Positions 63,909 to 64,000 of a DNA stretch of 64,000 nt are shown here, one piece after another. Every line of letters starts with the position of its first letter. The first letter of the stretch is position 1. The stretch is from positions 416,001 through 480,000 of the forward strand of contig JAFATB010000006.1 of NCBI GenBank assembly GCA_019244185.1, given 5' to 3'. Source of the stretch: Acidobacteriota bacterium (GTDB lineage Bacteria > Acidobacteriota > Thermoanaerobaculia > Gp7-AA8). The translations under genes were made by a program, and so were the position numbers. The notes beneath the pieces are model-generated. The model did no database searches, was not told the DNA's origin, and worked only from the letters and a program-made list of their open reading frames with translations.

Positions 63909-64000
63909 TCTCATTCGTAGCCGTCTACGTAGAACGAGACGAAGGGATCGTTGCCTACATCGAGGAACTGCCGGGCGTCGAGGCTACCGGCCTGACGGTC
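63905..64000 (+). CDS. HicB-like antitoxin (runs off window end)
   Basis: GTGA overlap; MISFVAVYVERDEGIVAYIEELPGVEATGLTV resembles the HicB N-terminus. Confidence 0.65.
   Translation, partial: MISFVAVYVERDEGIVAYIEELPGVEATGLTV

Overview
GC-rich bacterial chromosome segment. The gene repertoire suggests Acidobacteriota, possibly Thermoanaerobaculia-like (inference). Most of it is ordinary: murB, glnS, ptrB, lhr, nrdJ with NrdR boxes, nadB, ruvB, pilB-pilT-pilC-pilS, LPS heptose genes, MCP/CheW, GGDEF and CsgG. Two loci stand out. (1) 60480-63111 is an IS1-like element with GGTRGTG ends. It carries a frameshifted DDE transposase, a small basic protein whose first codons match a duplicated motif in the transposase promoter, a ~165-nt near-perfect hairpin, and a passenger operon of a winged-helix protein plus two non-canonical tRNA-like genes (Ser anticodon on a short-arm body; Gln anticodon with a G3:U70 alanine determinant). 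(2) 22244-24690 is an apparent translation-sensing operon: promoter/operator, 26-aa leader peptide with attenuator, a tRNA-Ile-like RNA with an interrupted acceptor stem, a large structured RNA, an SPFH/slipin gene and an unknown basic protein. All calls are by eye; no searches were run.
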